The notes: a model not told the origin generated them from the sequence alone. A DNA stretch of 64,000 nucleotides from Heteronotia binoei (GCF_032191835.1 NC_083231.1:38006001-38070000), one strand, 5' to 3'. Positions 35,379 to 48,956 are shown, numbered from the stretch's first letter. Translations and numbers: made by a program.

Positions 35379-38300
35379 CATTGTCGCCACCATCTCATGT
35401 CATAAGTAACTGACTTATGGTGATCCATCATGGGGTTTTGAAGGGAAGAGATGAACAGAGATGGTCTGCTATTGCCTTCCCCTGCATATCAACACTTGTC
35501 TTTTCCCATGGTGGTCTCCCATACAAGCCTTCTTAGTTTCCAAGTTCCTATAAGCTTGGGTTAGTCTGCGCTATTCATGCTTTTAAGGAACACATAAAAC
35601 TGCCTTATACTGAGTCAGACTATTTGTCTATCAAAATCAGTGTTATCTGTATTGGCTGGCAGCTGCTTTCCAGGGTCTCACACAAAGAATTTTCATATCA
35701 GCTTCTACCATATCCTTATAAGTAGAGCAGCCAGGGACTGAACCTGGAACCTACAAAGCAGATGTCCTGCCACTGAGCCGTTATCCCCTACCTTCTTTGT
35801 GAAAGGGTCCAACATTAAAACTGATACGTCCTACAAGTTCTTCCTGAACCTATTTAATCTTCAGCCATCCTATTATGAGAGCCTATTGAGATGGAGAAAA
35901 GATATGACATTTTGTTCGTTCAACTGATGTTTACACTGGGGCTCTGTAGAAATATTGCACATTTATAAGAGAGAGAGCAGAGGAAGGCCTCAAAACCTCC
36001 AGCAAGTTCTAGATGTGGTGAGTTCTCTCCTTCTCTTTTGGATTTATCTTATCATGAGCGTTCTGTCTCTTTTATTGAAGCCTTTATGACTCAAAACAAG
36101 AAAAAAAAACCTTTCTTATCTACAGAAACTGCGGCTTGGAATTTAAAGTGGGACTGTTGGCCCTTGAAGAGACAGAAACCTGTGGAACAACGGAACCTAT
36201 CATTTGTGGATGGACTCTTTGTAGCTGCATGCATATTATTTGTTTAACTTTGACTTCTTGTAATATAGATACTTTGTTATCTTTCTAAAGTGTTGTCTTA
36301 CTCCGGGGATTATTTCTGCATTTACAGTACTATTTGTACACCAGTTGCTGTTTGATTCTGTATCCTATTATGCAAAGGTAGCTATTAAACAATATCCCTG
36401 ATTCTAGTGGTGGGGGTCAGAAATTAGGAAGCACTGATTTTTGAAAGAATGCAGACCATTTTGTATTTTAAGGATTTGCAAATTAAGGGTAATTAGCAAT
36501 TCAGTAATCCAGGTAATGCATCTTGTGAAGTTACAGTGAAACTGCAAACCAGGAGTAGCATATTACTTGTAAAATATAACTGCATGATAAATTAAAACCG
36601 TTACAGGTATATCAGTAATGTTCCTTAATTAAGTGGTTATGAATGATAACAGATGCACCACATCCACAATAACGTATGGCACAGCTATATTTGTTAGTTT
36701 GTGTTTAAATTGGCTATGTTATCTTCTTTACAAAGAAACACTTCATATTCATTACTTTCATTCTTTAGTGAAAATTTTAAATGCCACACAAAACTGCCAG
36801 CTGTGCAGTATGTAGCAGGGCTCTTAATTATTTTCACAGGATAGACAACATGACATAATAAAAAATAGGAGGGCACAGAATACATGTACAAGTGTACGAT
36901 AAAAGTAACAGGTAATTAAAACACGGTAAACAAGAAAATGTTATTTTAAGAACACCCATAAAAACTAAATTGGAAGAATATGAATCACAATGGTTTGAAA
37001 CATGAGTCAGAGATTATATGCACACTATACTTTGCTTCTTAAATCTGGGGAAAGGTTACAAGTTTCCCTATATAGATTTCAACTTGCAGCTGAAGTCTTT
37101 TTTCTGTATTAAACTACAAATGAATAACATAAATCATTTTAGAGAATCCTTCTTGCTTCAAGCTTAGTTCCATCCTATCCCCATTTTAAAATTGGTTCTT
37201 CTTTTTGGAAATGCAACGGGATCAAAGCTAGTGGTTCCAGCAGAGAAGACTTCTTCATTGTGAAACTGTGAAGGAGGACCAGGAAGAGTCACTGTTATTA
37301 CAAGTGCATTGGGTTTTCACAGGAAGAATTGTCAAGTGTAGTGTCCCAAGATGTAGATTTTTTTCCTCATGCATGAAGATATAGTGAACCCCCAAATTTT
37401 ATTTTTTAAACAAAACACAATTGGGTACACATATGCATACATAATCCAGTTGCAGACTGCCAGCCCTTCCACAACGTACACGCTTTCACAGTACCAGAAC
37501 AGATTTTATCAGTCATGATTCTAGTTGATAGGCATATCCTTCTCCCCTGTATAACCTGGCAAATGTCACAGAGGAGTGCCCAGTTACAATGAAAAAGGTC
37601 AGTCAGTGAAAACACAAAAACCATGGTGGGCGTTTATTTGTGTTTCCCTCTGTATGGGGATCAGAGTTGTCAACCTCCCTGTTAATACACTTACTGACAT
37701 AAGGTGCAATCCTTATTGACACTGGCTATTGTTTCCTGACACCATCTGTTAGACTCTTTTAAGAAGACATAAAGGTACTGCAAAAGTGGCTTTTGTAAAC
37801 ATAATGTATTAAGCAAAATGGTTTTATGCTAGCTGACCTGAAGAGTCTTCTATGAACTGGAGGAGCGTCATTGCCTGATGGAAAGGGCCACAGAGATAGT
37901 GTGATCAGTCACAAGGGCAAAACACAGTTTCATGTCACTGAGCAAAGATTTTCCTACTCAAGGATCTCCTGCCATTACAGTTTAGTAGTGTAACTTGAAA
38001 GAAAACCCATCTAGCAGTTATTTTGTCAGTCACAGAAGGTGAACAAGAGATGTGAAATGGAGCAGAAACCAGATTTAAGAATCCAACAAAGATGCAGCCA
38101 GGAAATCAGAATAGTCTTTACGGTAGTCTCTGTATGCATGGGCTTTTTAGTTTTCCTTTCCTGGTGGCATTTACTATTAGGATTTCTGAAAAGTGTGGAA
38201 ATGGACAGTAGAAGTTTTTTATCATGAGGGTACATAGTACAAGCTGGTAAACAGCAGGCTATTAAAGCCTGTGTCAAAGGGACAGGACATATTTCGCTTG

Positions 38301-41300
38301 GCCTGTTGACAACCTTTCTTACTACCTACCCCCAAGTCTACTGCAACAAGTTGGGGTCATCCTGAGTAGCAGCATAAGAGATATAAGTAATATAAAAACT
38401 GGCCATTCCCAATATATGTGCAGATGTGGTTTATATATGAGCGCCAAGCCTCTGTCGTTCAGCTGTAAAATCTGCAAGCACACCAATGTTGCAATATTGG
38501 ATTAAAATACAAAGTGGAAAAATTAATAGTGTGTGTGTGTTAAATGAAATAGAAGAAGGGTGGAAAAACATTTCAGATTCCTTTGTGTAGACATCTGTAT
38601 GGACATATTACAACTTTTATATATTAGTATAGCTTTTCCACATGTTTATTTCTTACACTGTAACTGTATCAGAGTATCCTGTAAATATTACAATAACTTG
38701 GATATAGCACTAGATATGCCAACATTAGCCACAAATGCACCAGAATTATTGAGTTTGGGAACAAGGAATCACTGTAAAACAAGGAGAAAGTTGAACTTGG
38801 GTTAATTAGTGGGCTTCTACCCTGTAAACATAAACTTGGATATTCTCTTTAAAAGCCTCATGTGTATTGAGGCTAGCAGCTTTAATCCTGAATAACTAAA
38901 ACTGTCAGTTTTATTATTCTGCGTATTAGACAACTCTTAAAATTAAAAACATTCATCAGAAAACTGCTGTCTTTGCCAAAGAAAATATTACCCCATCTGA
39001 AATTTAAATATTAAATTATTTAATTTGCAATCTATGTTATGCACAATATCTGTGCATAGCACGCACTGTCCTTTTATCACAGTGTGAGCGTATATGCATC
39101 ATGGTCTTCAGATAGTTAATTATAGAAAAATACATTAAAATTCTAGAATAGTAGCATTAACGCTACATAAATATATAAATCTTATAGAAATTTCTAATTT
39201 CTGTTAATATAATATATTGATAAGCATCAATTTTACCCAACACCCTTTGCAGATCATTGTGTTTTTATTGGCAGAGAAGAAATAACAAAGGTAAGGAATA
39301 ATTGGGAGTGATGTGAAGAAAAGAAAGCAATAACCACTTATGCTATAAAGTTTTACAGATACTAGGAAGACAGCACTGCTGGAAGCTGTCATCATAAAAT
39401 GCCTCTCTAGGAAACTGATTGCACCTATTTGATGGTTCCGCTACATTTGATCCCTGGATTCAGGCTGAAAAGTGTTTGAGGCTGGGCTGGGATTTTAGCA
39501 GAAGAAAACTGTTTCCACATAGAAGTAACAAGGACAAAATCTGTACATAAGAACAAAGAACACAATCAGTCTATCAGAAGCCATTCTGTCATACTCTCCA
39601 AATGTTCCGCTATGCGCCTGTAAAAAAACAAGTAACACAACAAAGGATTGGGTGGTACAGATTTTCTCCTGCATGGTTCTTTTTGGGAAAGTACAAACAC
39701 TGTGCTTACACACAAGTTTTATTTTATTTACTTAAAAATAAATGTTGCTGTAGTTAGGTGAAACCTGCCTATGGAAGCAAGTCCAAGCAGATGTACTTAG
39801 AATAAAGTCCCATTACATTCAGTGGGCTTCCTCCAAAAAGCAGCCTATGACTCCTAATACTTGGAATGAAACAATGAGTGCGATCACATGAGAGATTTGG
39901 CCTAACCTAGCCATGCCTCCCATCCAGATTTAATATGCTTGATCACACAAGTACATCTGCCTCCCAAGTCCTGCCCATAGCTACCTCATGTCTCAGGACA
40001 GGCTGGGACCGGATTAAATAGCTACTGGGAACTTCCAGGTAGCAAACCTCTAAATCATAGGTGGGGTGCATTTCCCCACTGTCGGAATGGCTAGGTATGC
40101 ACTGCACCTGCCCCAAACCCACCCGGCATGAGCATGAGCAGTCTGAAGACTCCTCTTGTGTGTATGTGGCCAGTGCCTCTCCCGGTAGCAGGGCGGGGAC
40201 TGTGTGAATGCCAGGGCATGGATAAAAGAGAACTGGCTTTTTCAGAGCTGGGATAATGCCGCGCCTAATCTCCACTGTGAACACACCCAGTATGTCTGCA
40301 TTCTTAGCAATGGACTGATCTCCACTGTCTAGTTGTTCCTGCAATATACATTTCTCTATCCACCAATATCAGAATTACTGGATTGAGCTACAACATCCTA
40401 GTGGCAGTGCAAGAACATGGAAACAACCTGTTCTCTTAACAGTTGAATCCTAAACAGGGTTTAACCCTTCAAAGCCCAATTGAGTCAATGGCCTTTAAAA
40501 AGGTGTAATTCTGTTTAGGATTGTACTGCAACACACTAAAAATTTTAGATATACAAAACTGGAATATACAAAGCTAAGTTTATAAGGCTGAATATACAGA
40601 ATTAGAAAATATTATTAGAAATATTAGAGAAACAAGCTAGCTGCTTCCTCACACCTACTCTGCTCAAAAGAATATCACCAAACAAGAAAAACACCTTTAT
40701 TGTAAGGTAATTTTTTTCCTGTTGGGTGCTTCAGGCAGATATTTCTACATTAAAATACTTGTTGAAAAAGAATAAATAATGGTTTTATAATCATCACATT
40801 TGTAATAATAGTCCCCAACTAATTAAATGTTTTTGCTTGTCTAATGTGACTTTAATTTCAGACATTTAAAGAACCACAGACTTCAGATACTCAAAATTAT
40901 ATCAAATTTCCTATGCTCTATATTATATTTCGCGCGTCTCAGTTTACACAGATGTATGCTCATGTGTAGAACTACTAATTCTTTAGCTTTGTATTGAGAA
41001 TTACATATATCCGGTGGCTTCTCCCTCTCTTTTCTTTCTGGTAATACAGAATATTGTCACCTATTGAGTAGATAAATGTGGGAAAGAAAAGCTCCTTTCT
41101 CTCTAAAGCTAATGAAGGGGGAAAATGATCTGAAAAACAAGATTCTGTACAAAGGGTCACTAAGAATGGGGGGGAAATCAACACGATAGAATTGGTAAAT
41201 TATTTTAAACAGAGCAATAATTTCCAGTTTCCCGTTTCCTTCATTCATTTTGGAGCAGCAATAACATCCTGGCTGTTATATAAGCAAACAGATCCTTGAG

Positions 41301-41754
41301 GCAGTCAAGACTGTAAGGGAAGAGAAGCATCTGAATGTACTCAATATATAGAGGAACAGGGTCAAGATTAAAATGCAGGACACAAAGAACAGAAGTATCT
41401 CAAAAGATCTGAGCAATATACAAATAGATCATGCAATGCCTTTGGTGTCCACTCATGCATCACTAAAGATTTCCCTGTGTGGGCTACTCCTCAAAAATCA
41501 CTACAGATTTCATGGTGTATGGTGTATGGGTGAGGTTGTACTTACTTCCTGCACTGTTGCATCTTTATAATTTTTTTAGATGATCAGTTTTGTATTATAA
41601 ACTTTAAGCTGCATGCTTCTTGGGAGGTGGGTCTTAAAAAGTCAAAATGTCCATCTGATGTCCTTGTATTGGATACACAGGTATCTACTACAGAATAAAC
41701 ATTACATACCATGTTCATTATTTCAGCTGCCATGTCAAAAGAAAAACAAATCAG

Positions 41755-41975
41755 GCCCTGACCTGGATAGCTCAGGCTAACCCAATCTCATGAGATCTCA
41801 GAAGCTAAGCAGGGCCAACTTGGCAAATACTTGGATGGGTGACTTACAAGGAATACTAGGGCCAGGATGCAGAGGCAGGCAATAGCAAGCCACTTCTCTG
41901 AATGTCCAAGGCACACCAGGGGGTGCCAGAAGTCACCAGTGACTTCCAGACATGTACACACACACACACACACAC
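41755..41975 (+). mobile_element. 5S rRNA-derived SINE with Sauria/RTE-type tail
   Basis: Head GATCTCAGAAGCTAAGCAGGG..TACTTGGATGGG resembles the 5S internal promoter; tail GCAAGCCACTTCTCTGAATG..(CA)n. Not a 5S gene. Confidence 0.7.
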
Positions 41976-42442
41976 AAAAATTAAGAAAAACAAATCAGTT
42001 GTTATAATATTGAAATTCACAGGGGAATTTCTCTTGGTAGTTTCCTTTTCTCTGTTGCATCATTTTTGGAAACCTTTCAAATCCAGCTGCATACCATCCT
42101 GATTCCCAAACAGAACAATCTCTTCAAATTACTGTTAAATAAACGTTTACTGTTAAATAAAATTACTGTTAAAGCAAAAGTAATGTTTATCATGAATTCC
42201 CTAGAAACAGAAGAGAAAAGGGCATGTGTTGGTGTTTTCCATTTCAGTAAGTGGCCTAAAATGATGATCTATATCATGACAGAACTCTTGCACACATAGT
42301 TTGCATTTGACATTCAAGCTGCCTCATTTTTGATAATAGTTCTGAACAAGCTGAAGGATAGATTTGTTACCATCTTCAGTTAGTAGTTAACACATTTAAT
42401 TGAAAATGTCTACATTCACGTAGAAAACATATGGACATAGAA

Positions 42443-43056
42443 TAGGCTTGCCAATCCCCAGGTCTTAGTGGGCATTCCCCCACTTTTGCAGGCTCCTTCC
42501 TGCCCCCAGTCAGCTGACTAATGGGGAGAAGCCCCGCTCCCACAACCACCATGTGCTTTTCCACCTCAGAAGGCTCAGAAGATTTGGGAAGGGCTTGGTT
42601 TTTTGAAAGGTGTGTGTGCCTTTAAAACTTTGGAGCTAGGCTGAATGGGGATGGGGTGAGCCTCCAGAACAACATGGCTGTTGTGAGGAAGGGAAAGGTA
42701 GGAGATCCCTCCCTCCATTTGTTTTTCAGCCCCTCCAGAACTTGTTTGCACAAGTTCTACCCTAACCCCATCTCTAGCAAGCTCCCATGGTGAGTAAATT
42801 GCCCCAGTGGGACTACAAGTGTTGCTTCCAAACTATTTTTATTTTGGCTGCTCTGTGTGTGTGTGTGTATGGGGGGGGGGGAAGTGCAGCCAACTGCTGA
42901 GGTAATGAAGGAATGAAGACTGTATTCAGGGGAACTGCACTGCTGTATTTTTATTTATTTTAGGGAATGTGAAAGTTTCCTGGCTCCACCCCCAAAGATT
43001 CCTGGCCCCACCTGCAAAGTCCCCAGGTATTTTCTGAGTTAGACTTGGCAACCCTA
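42443..43056. mobile_element. Degenerate hAT-type MITE (TAGGGTTGCCA family)
   Basis: TAGGCTTGCCAATCCCCAGG start and CTTGGCAACCCTA end; no TSD match. Confidence 0.5.
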
Positions 43057-43457
43057 AAATGGAGTTGGTCAGAGTCTGTGTGATAAGATCAGGGGAAATA
43101 TTTTTCTTGTTTCAGTGGGAAATGTACAACAAAGATCTCTGATTTCATCACAGAATTTAAAAAATGTTACATAAGTTTTCAAATAATACCTTCCTAGACA
43201 TGCATTTATGGGAGTTAAATTCCCTCCAAGTTTCTCTGGAGAAGAGGGAAGGCTTAAATCCCTGCAGGATGATATTTAAATTCCCATCCTCTCTTCCCAG
43301 TGCTTATTAGGAATACATGCTTTGTTTGCAGCTGGCATTGTACTTTCATTACTCTATCATTTTTTTTTGGGGGGGGGGGAGGTAGAAGTAGATTTTTGTC
43401 CAGATTAATGTTTGAACATGATAGATGCTTGTTTGCAAACAAACAATGAGTCCAGGC

Positions 43458-43660
43458 TGAAGATTCTACAATGACTTATCTATGTTTTAATCTGCAAAAT
43501 GTGCCCACACCATCGATGTTATATTTTATCTTATTGTGCTTTTTTGACTATTTATTATTATTTTATTGTTGGATTTTATCTGTTTTTATGTCTGTAATCT
43601 GCCCTGAACGCATTATGGGAAAGGTATAAATCTACCAAAATAAAAAATAAATAAAATAAA
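43458..43660 (+). mobile_element. L2-type LINE 3' terminus
   Basis: AT-rich 3'UTR ending TGTAATCTGCCCTGA..(AATAA)n; overlaps in sequence with the inverted piece at 44491+. Confidence 0.55.
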
Positions 43661-44490
43661 CTAGAGATAGACTACTGATCTATAGAACATCTATTCTACA
43701 GATCTATAGGCTAGGACACCTGCAGCATCAACTATCCTTACCGCCAGTAGCCCCAGGTCCTTATGTTCACCTGTTCTGCAAAGACAACTGGCAAATGGAC
43801 AAACCATAACAAGGCAAAATCTCCTTCTTTCCACTGCTATGCTTCTACAAGTCATCACGAACTTGCATTATTACATATGTCATGACCAGTGTCCAACAGT
43901 TCATTTCGTATTCAGTGCTTTACTCAGAGAATGCAAAAAAAGAAAGAGCAAGATAAAAGAGAGGCCACTAATAAAGATAAATGGGAAGAAATGTAACAAT
44001 GGCATTTTGCTTCCCACCTATTCTGGGACCAAATATTAAGAAAGAAGAGAGAATGCTCCAGTTTCACCATCCCAGAAGATGTGCTCGTAAAGGAACACAG
44101 AGCACCTACTTTCTACATTGCCTCCTTCTGCCTCTACTCAGTTCTTCGGTTAGGTGACCACCACCCGTGAAACCTAGAAAATGGCTTTTCAAAGGGAGCA
44201 AAGTAAATAATATATTGTAGGTAGAGGGAAGGAACAAGGCAATTATTGCTCACCACCACCACTGAAGCCCTTTGCTATGGGTAAAGTAAGTAGCAAAGAC
44301 AATGGTTGGAGAATAGGATACCCAGTGGAGAATGTGGGAGAGCAGGAGTCAGAAAACTACTATAGAATATTTACTGTGTAACAGGTATGTTCTATTAGGA
44401 TAGCAATAGCAATGGCTCAGAGAAGAGAGGTCTGTTCTGTACCTGTTAAGTTATCTGTTCTGTGTGCTTTGAAGTTAACAATGAGTCCAG

Positions 44491-44700
44491 GCATAACAAG
44501 ATAAAATATAACATAGATGGTGTGGGCAGATTTTGCAGATTAAGACATAGATATCGGCCTGAATATAATAATCCAGAGGGTAAATTGATAAATCATTGTA
44601 GAGGACGACAAATAGATGGTATAAGCAGTAGGATAAGGACCCCCGCTTGCCTCAACCAAAAGCCTGGCGGAATAGCTCCATTTTGCAGGCCCTAATGGAT
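44491..44700 (-). mobile_element. L2-type LINE 3' fragment (inverted relative to 43458-43660)
   Basis: Minus strand TTCCGCCAGGCTTTTGGTTGAGG (L2 ORF2 end), then a 3'UTR sharing about 60 bp with 43477-43539. Confidence 0.55.
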
Positions 44701-45013
44701 TACACAAGAAACTTGTGGGGAGGGGCACATTCCCCCCTCTACCCATCCTCTGTTGAAATTCCCTCTACTATTTCTGTCATCACTCTTATCTAGCAATCTT
44801 CCCTCATCCTCCCTTCTACCGTTACACCCTCTATGCAAGTTTTCTCTTCTCTTTCTACCCTAACCCCATCTCTAGCAATCTTCTCTTATCCACCTTTTCT
44901 CCCCTCACCCTTGTATGTCAAACTGCCCCTCTCTTACCTTTCACAGACAATGTTTCCTCTTCTTTCCCTTCTCAGTCTGCTCCTCTCTTTTGCTCCCCCT
45001 CTTGTTTCACTCA

Positions 45014-45300
45014 GGGTGTTTTCGCACTCACGTTTTACTGGCGCCATGACCCTCCTGACGCCGGCGAATCTGCATGGATTTCGCAACAGAAGCGCCGGCG
45101 CTCCCAGAAGCGCCGGCGCTTTCCGTCGCTAAGCCAGCGCAAACGTTTTCCTGCATCTTTGCGATTTCCGTTTGCGCTGGCTTAGCGACGGAAGTAGCCG
45201 GCGCTTCTGGGAGCGCCGGAGCTTCTGGTGCGAAAGCCATGCAGATTCGCCGGCATCAGGATGGTCGTGGCGCCAGTAAAACGTGAGTGCGAAAACGGCC
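45014..45300. mobile_element. 287-bp fold-back MITE, PIF/Harbinger-like
   Basis: Ends GGGTGTTTTCGCAC / GTGCGAAAACGGCC, 3-bp TSD TCA, long imperfect palindrome with internal AGAAGCGCCGGCGCT repeats. Confidence 0.8.
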
Positions 45301-45326
45301 TCAGACAATTCCCCTTCTTGCTTTTT

Positions 45327-45470
45327 NNNNNNNNNNNNNNNNNNNNNNNNNNNNNNNNNNNNNNNNNNNNNNNNNNNNNNNNNNNNNNNNNNNNNNNNNN
45401 NNNNNNNNNNNNNNNNNNNNNNNNNNNNNNNNNNNNNNNNNNNNNNNNNNNNNNNNNNNNNNNNNNNNNN
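45327..45470. other. Assembly gap (144 N) within pyrimidine-rich low-complexity DNA
   Basis: Run of N, with CT-rich sequence at about 44760-45010 and 45471-45660. Confidence 1.
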
Positions 45471-45987
45471 CCCTATTCTTTTCCTTACTCCTACAGACCA
45501 ATCCCCCTTCTTTCTCTTTCCCAAGTCAATTCCCTTTCATTCTCTTTCCCCCAAGCTAATCTCCCTTCTTTCTCTCCCAATCCCCTCTTCTCTCTCTTTC
45601 TCAAGTCAATCCCCTTTCTTTCCCTCTCCCCCCAAGCCAATCCCCATTCTTTCTCTTCCCAAGTAGCAGCCTGGCCCAGAGTGCCTCCTGACATCAACCA
45701 CCATCACAGCCAGGCCCACAGCCTGTACTGGTGTCCACTGTCATGGCTGGACCTGGAATGGCTCCTGTCGCCACTGCAGCTGGACTCGGCAGCAGATCTT
45801 GGGCTCTGCTGCAGATGAGCTCCACTGCAGCAGCTGGTACCACCACTGGGCTCTGCTACCTCCAGAGCTGCAGGAGCAGCAGCAGCTGGAAACTTCAAAC
45901 ACTATTTTATTTTTGGGAAGAATTAACGCCCCCTTCAGAGTTTTTTAACATTTAAGATTTTTACTGGAATGGGTTATATGTGTAGGT

Positions 45988-46450
45988 GTCACTAAAGCCC
46001 TACATGGCCTACATGGGCTGGAACTAAAGCCCTACATGGTGTCACTAAAGCCCTACATGGCCTGGAACCACTATACCTGAAGGACTGTCTATTCCCTTAC
46101 AAAGTTTCCTGACCACTATGATAATCTTCTGATGATCAGGTAGGCGGCCACCCAGGAGATAGTTTTCTTGGTTGTGGCACCAAGAGTTTGGAACTCTTGC
46201 CCCAGGGAGACTTGTCTGCCCTTTTTGTTCATGTCTTCTGCCAGGGGGTGAAGAATTTTCCTTCTGTTTCATCTGGCATTTCTTCAGTGATCCCTTCTTT
46301 CTGCCCTATGTTTGTTTCTATGCTTTTGTATGTATATTGTAGTGCTGATTTTAATTGTTTTAATGATGTGTTTTTGTTTGGCTTTAATATTTTTAAGATG
46401 TGTTTTCCTTATATTTTTAGTTGGTTAGCCTTGATGAGGCTAACCAACTA
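45988..46450 (+). mobile_element. L2-type LINE 3' fragment
   Basis: ACTAAAGCCCTACATGG occurs 3 times (KALHGL), then TATACCTGAAGGACTGTCT..GTGGCACCAAGAGTTTGGAACTC and an AT-rich tail. Confidence 0.6.
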
Positions 46451-47968
46451 AAATATGAATATTGTAAAGAATTTTTGTTTAAAAGATCCTTGTCTGGAGT
46501 TTTTCATCTGTTCAGTGCTAAATTTGAGATTCATGGGACCCAAGCCCTGCTCCATGGTCAGATCAGCCCTTGAGTAGAAGGTAAATGGGCCACAGGTACA
46601 GTTTTGTGTCTGACATAGAAAGTTTTTATTACAATAGGTTTTCCCAAAATCCAAATAGTGGCAGCATTAAGCATCTTCCATCTGCACACCCCATAGGGTC
46701 AGCAGGCCATCAAGTGAGGCAAGCAGGAAAAAACAGGTTTTTTTTTTTTTAATACTAGCAGCACACAGAGGTTCTGGCTTGCCAAATATACCACCATGCC
46801 TGTTGTGCAATGGCATCTGAAGGTTGGAATGCGCTTCTCAAACAAGATAGACACCGAGGATTTATTTATTTTTTTCCTTTCAGGATTCTATCCACTCTGT
46901 TGATGTTGACAGTGATACCTGGTTATGGGAAACAAGTACAAATGAATGCAAGAGAGCTTCTTATTCCTGTTTCTCTCTGTTTATTATCACTGCATATAAC
47001 AGGAAGGGGAGGGGCAATAAATTGCCAAACCAGATTGCTGATAACGACTACCATTTATGAAACATCAAATCTACTGCAGCAGCTCTGGATTAAAGATGCT
47101 GACCTTAAAAAATATCTACTTCCAAACAGTTTTTCTCTTTGTAAATCTAATAAACTGTTGGCTGTTTTGCTTCCACTCCCTGACAGGAATAGGATAATGT
47201 CACTTTTCAAATAAAATCTTACTTATTTCTAACATCTTTTGATGGGTTTATCTACTGCCAACCAATAATGGATAACTTTCCAGGTGAAGTCAGTCATGTC
47301 AGACCTTTAAATGAGAACATCGTTGTAGGGAGTCTGCTACACAGGCAGGAGCCTGTAGCCTTGAAAGAGAGCTCTTTTAATTTTTAAAAATTGTGTCTCC
47401 TATCCACAGCTGGAATGGATAAGATTCACTTTTCATTTTCTTTTGATTTTAAGAAGTGTGGCTCATCTATGAGGAAGGTTATTACTGTAATATGCAGGTG
47501 TTCTCAAAATAGGTTGAAATCCAGGCATTGATCATAGAGACTTTCAATATGTTAAAGCAAATGTACCAATTTCCAGGACATATACCATATGGCAACTTTT
47601 TAACCACTTGCATACCAGGGGTGATACTTTTCCTATTTATTCTAATCAGGATGCTCCTATTAAACACAACACAATGTTTTACCTATTCTTAGACGACATA
47701 TACAGTGAGATAAAAAAGTATTTTTAATAAACCTAGCTTCTGCAGTTGTATGGGTTTATTACACAGAACTATTGATCAAGCAGAATGGAAAAGTAGCAAA
47801 TTCTCAGTTACAGAGAAAGCCCTGTTTTAAATGGATTGCTCATAAATTTTATTTGAAATATTACTTTAAACATCAGTATAAGAAGACCCAAGATGGCTGC
47901 CAATCTTGAATTTCCCCTTTTTATGAGGTATTTTACCAAGTGATTTGCTACCCTGTCTTATGAGGCAA

Positions 47969-48266
47969 TATGAGCCCCGTGACACAGAGTGTTAAAGCTG
48001 CAGTACTATAGCCCTAAGCTCTGCTCATGACCGGAGTTCGATCCCAGCGGAAGCTGGTTTCAGGTAGCCAGCTCAGGTTGACTCAGCCTTCCATCCTTCC
48101 GAGGTCAGTAAAATGAGTCCCCAGCTTGCTGGGGGGGGGGGGAAGTGTAGATGACTGGGGAAGGCAAGGGCAAACCACCCCATAAAAAGTCTGCTGTGAA
48201 AATGTGAAAGCAACGTCACCTCAGAGTCAAAAACGACTGGTGCTTGCACAGGGGACCTTTCCTTTC
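47969..48266 (+). mobile_element. Sauria SINE
   Basis: B box GAGTTCGATCCC, core CAGGTTGACTCAGCCTTCCATCCTTCCGAGGTC, (ACCTTT) tail, 12-bp TSD CTTATGAGGCAA (47957-47968 and 48267-48278). Confidence 0.92.
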
Positions 48267-48797
48267 CTTATGAGGCAAAGCCTGTGCAGTAGAGGTTTTG
48301 GGATGACTCCAGCAAGTTGTAGTAAATGATCCTATAAATTCCTCCTTAGAGTCAGTGCCAGTGAATGCAATAGGGGAGTGGTCATCTCTGAGAAGAGAGC
48401 ATACTGGACTTGGCCTGGTCTTCTTTATAGGGATTAAGAAGGACTTAATCCCATGCTGCAAATTAGTCTTGATTGGTTGCTGAATTAATCATTTCAACTG
48501 AGACTGTGAATTGCAAGACACTAAAAAGCCTGAGCAGCTCCTGGGTGGTATGGCCTCTGTTTTAGTGAATGTAGGGTAAAACTGACAGGTTTTATTAACG
48601 GCTTCAGTGGGAACTTACTACAATGTATTACTCCATGAGAAGTGGTGATTTATATGTTGCCATTCCCTGATGAGCTATTTTGTGCCACGGAGACATCATA
48701 CCTAATTTAAAAAAATAAATAAATCCTCCCCTTTGGACAAAGTCATTCCCATATTGTCTGCTTGATTACTATTTCCATTAAACTTCTTTGAATAGAT

Positions 48798-48956
48798 CAG
48801 GGGTGGCCAAACATGCTTAACATAAGAGCCACATAGAATAAATGGAAAGAAAGCAACATTAAATGCCTTCTGCAAGCTGGTTGACAGGGTGGTGGTGGCG
48901 GCGGCTTTGAAAGCCACATCATATGTGTGAAAGAGTTGCAGTTTGGGCACCCCGGC
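48798..48956. mobile_element. Degenerate hAT MITE
   Basis: CAGGGGTGGCCAAAC / GTTTGGGCACCCCGG ends. Confidence 0.55.

Noticed and set aside
39943-40344. 133-aa minus-strand ORF with an acceptor-like site
   Set aside because: No recognisable domain; it overlaps a probable degenerate fold-back repeat (about 40063-40288).
41755-41850. 5S rRNA gene
   Set aside because: Too diverged, lacks the 5S termini and T-run terminator, and continues into a SINE tail.
46810-47214. 134-aa plus-strand ORF after a strong acceptor
   Set aside because: No recognisable homology, no downstream donor, and its composition is typical of AT-rich non-coding DNA.
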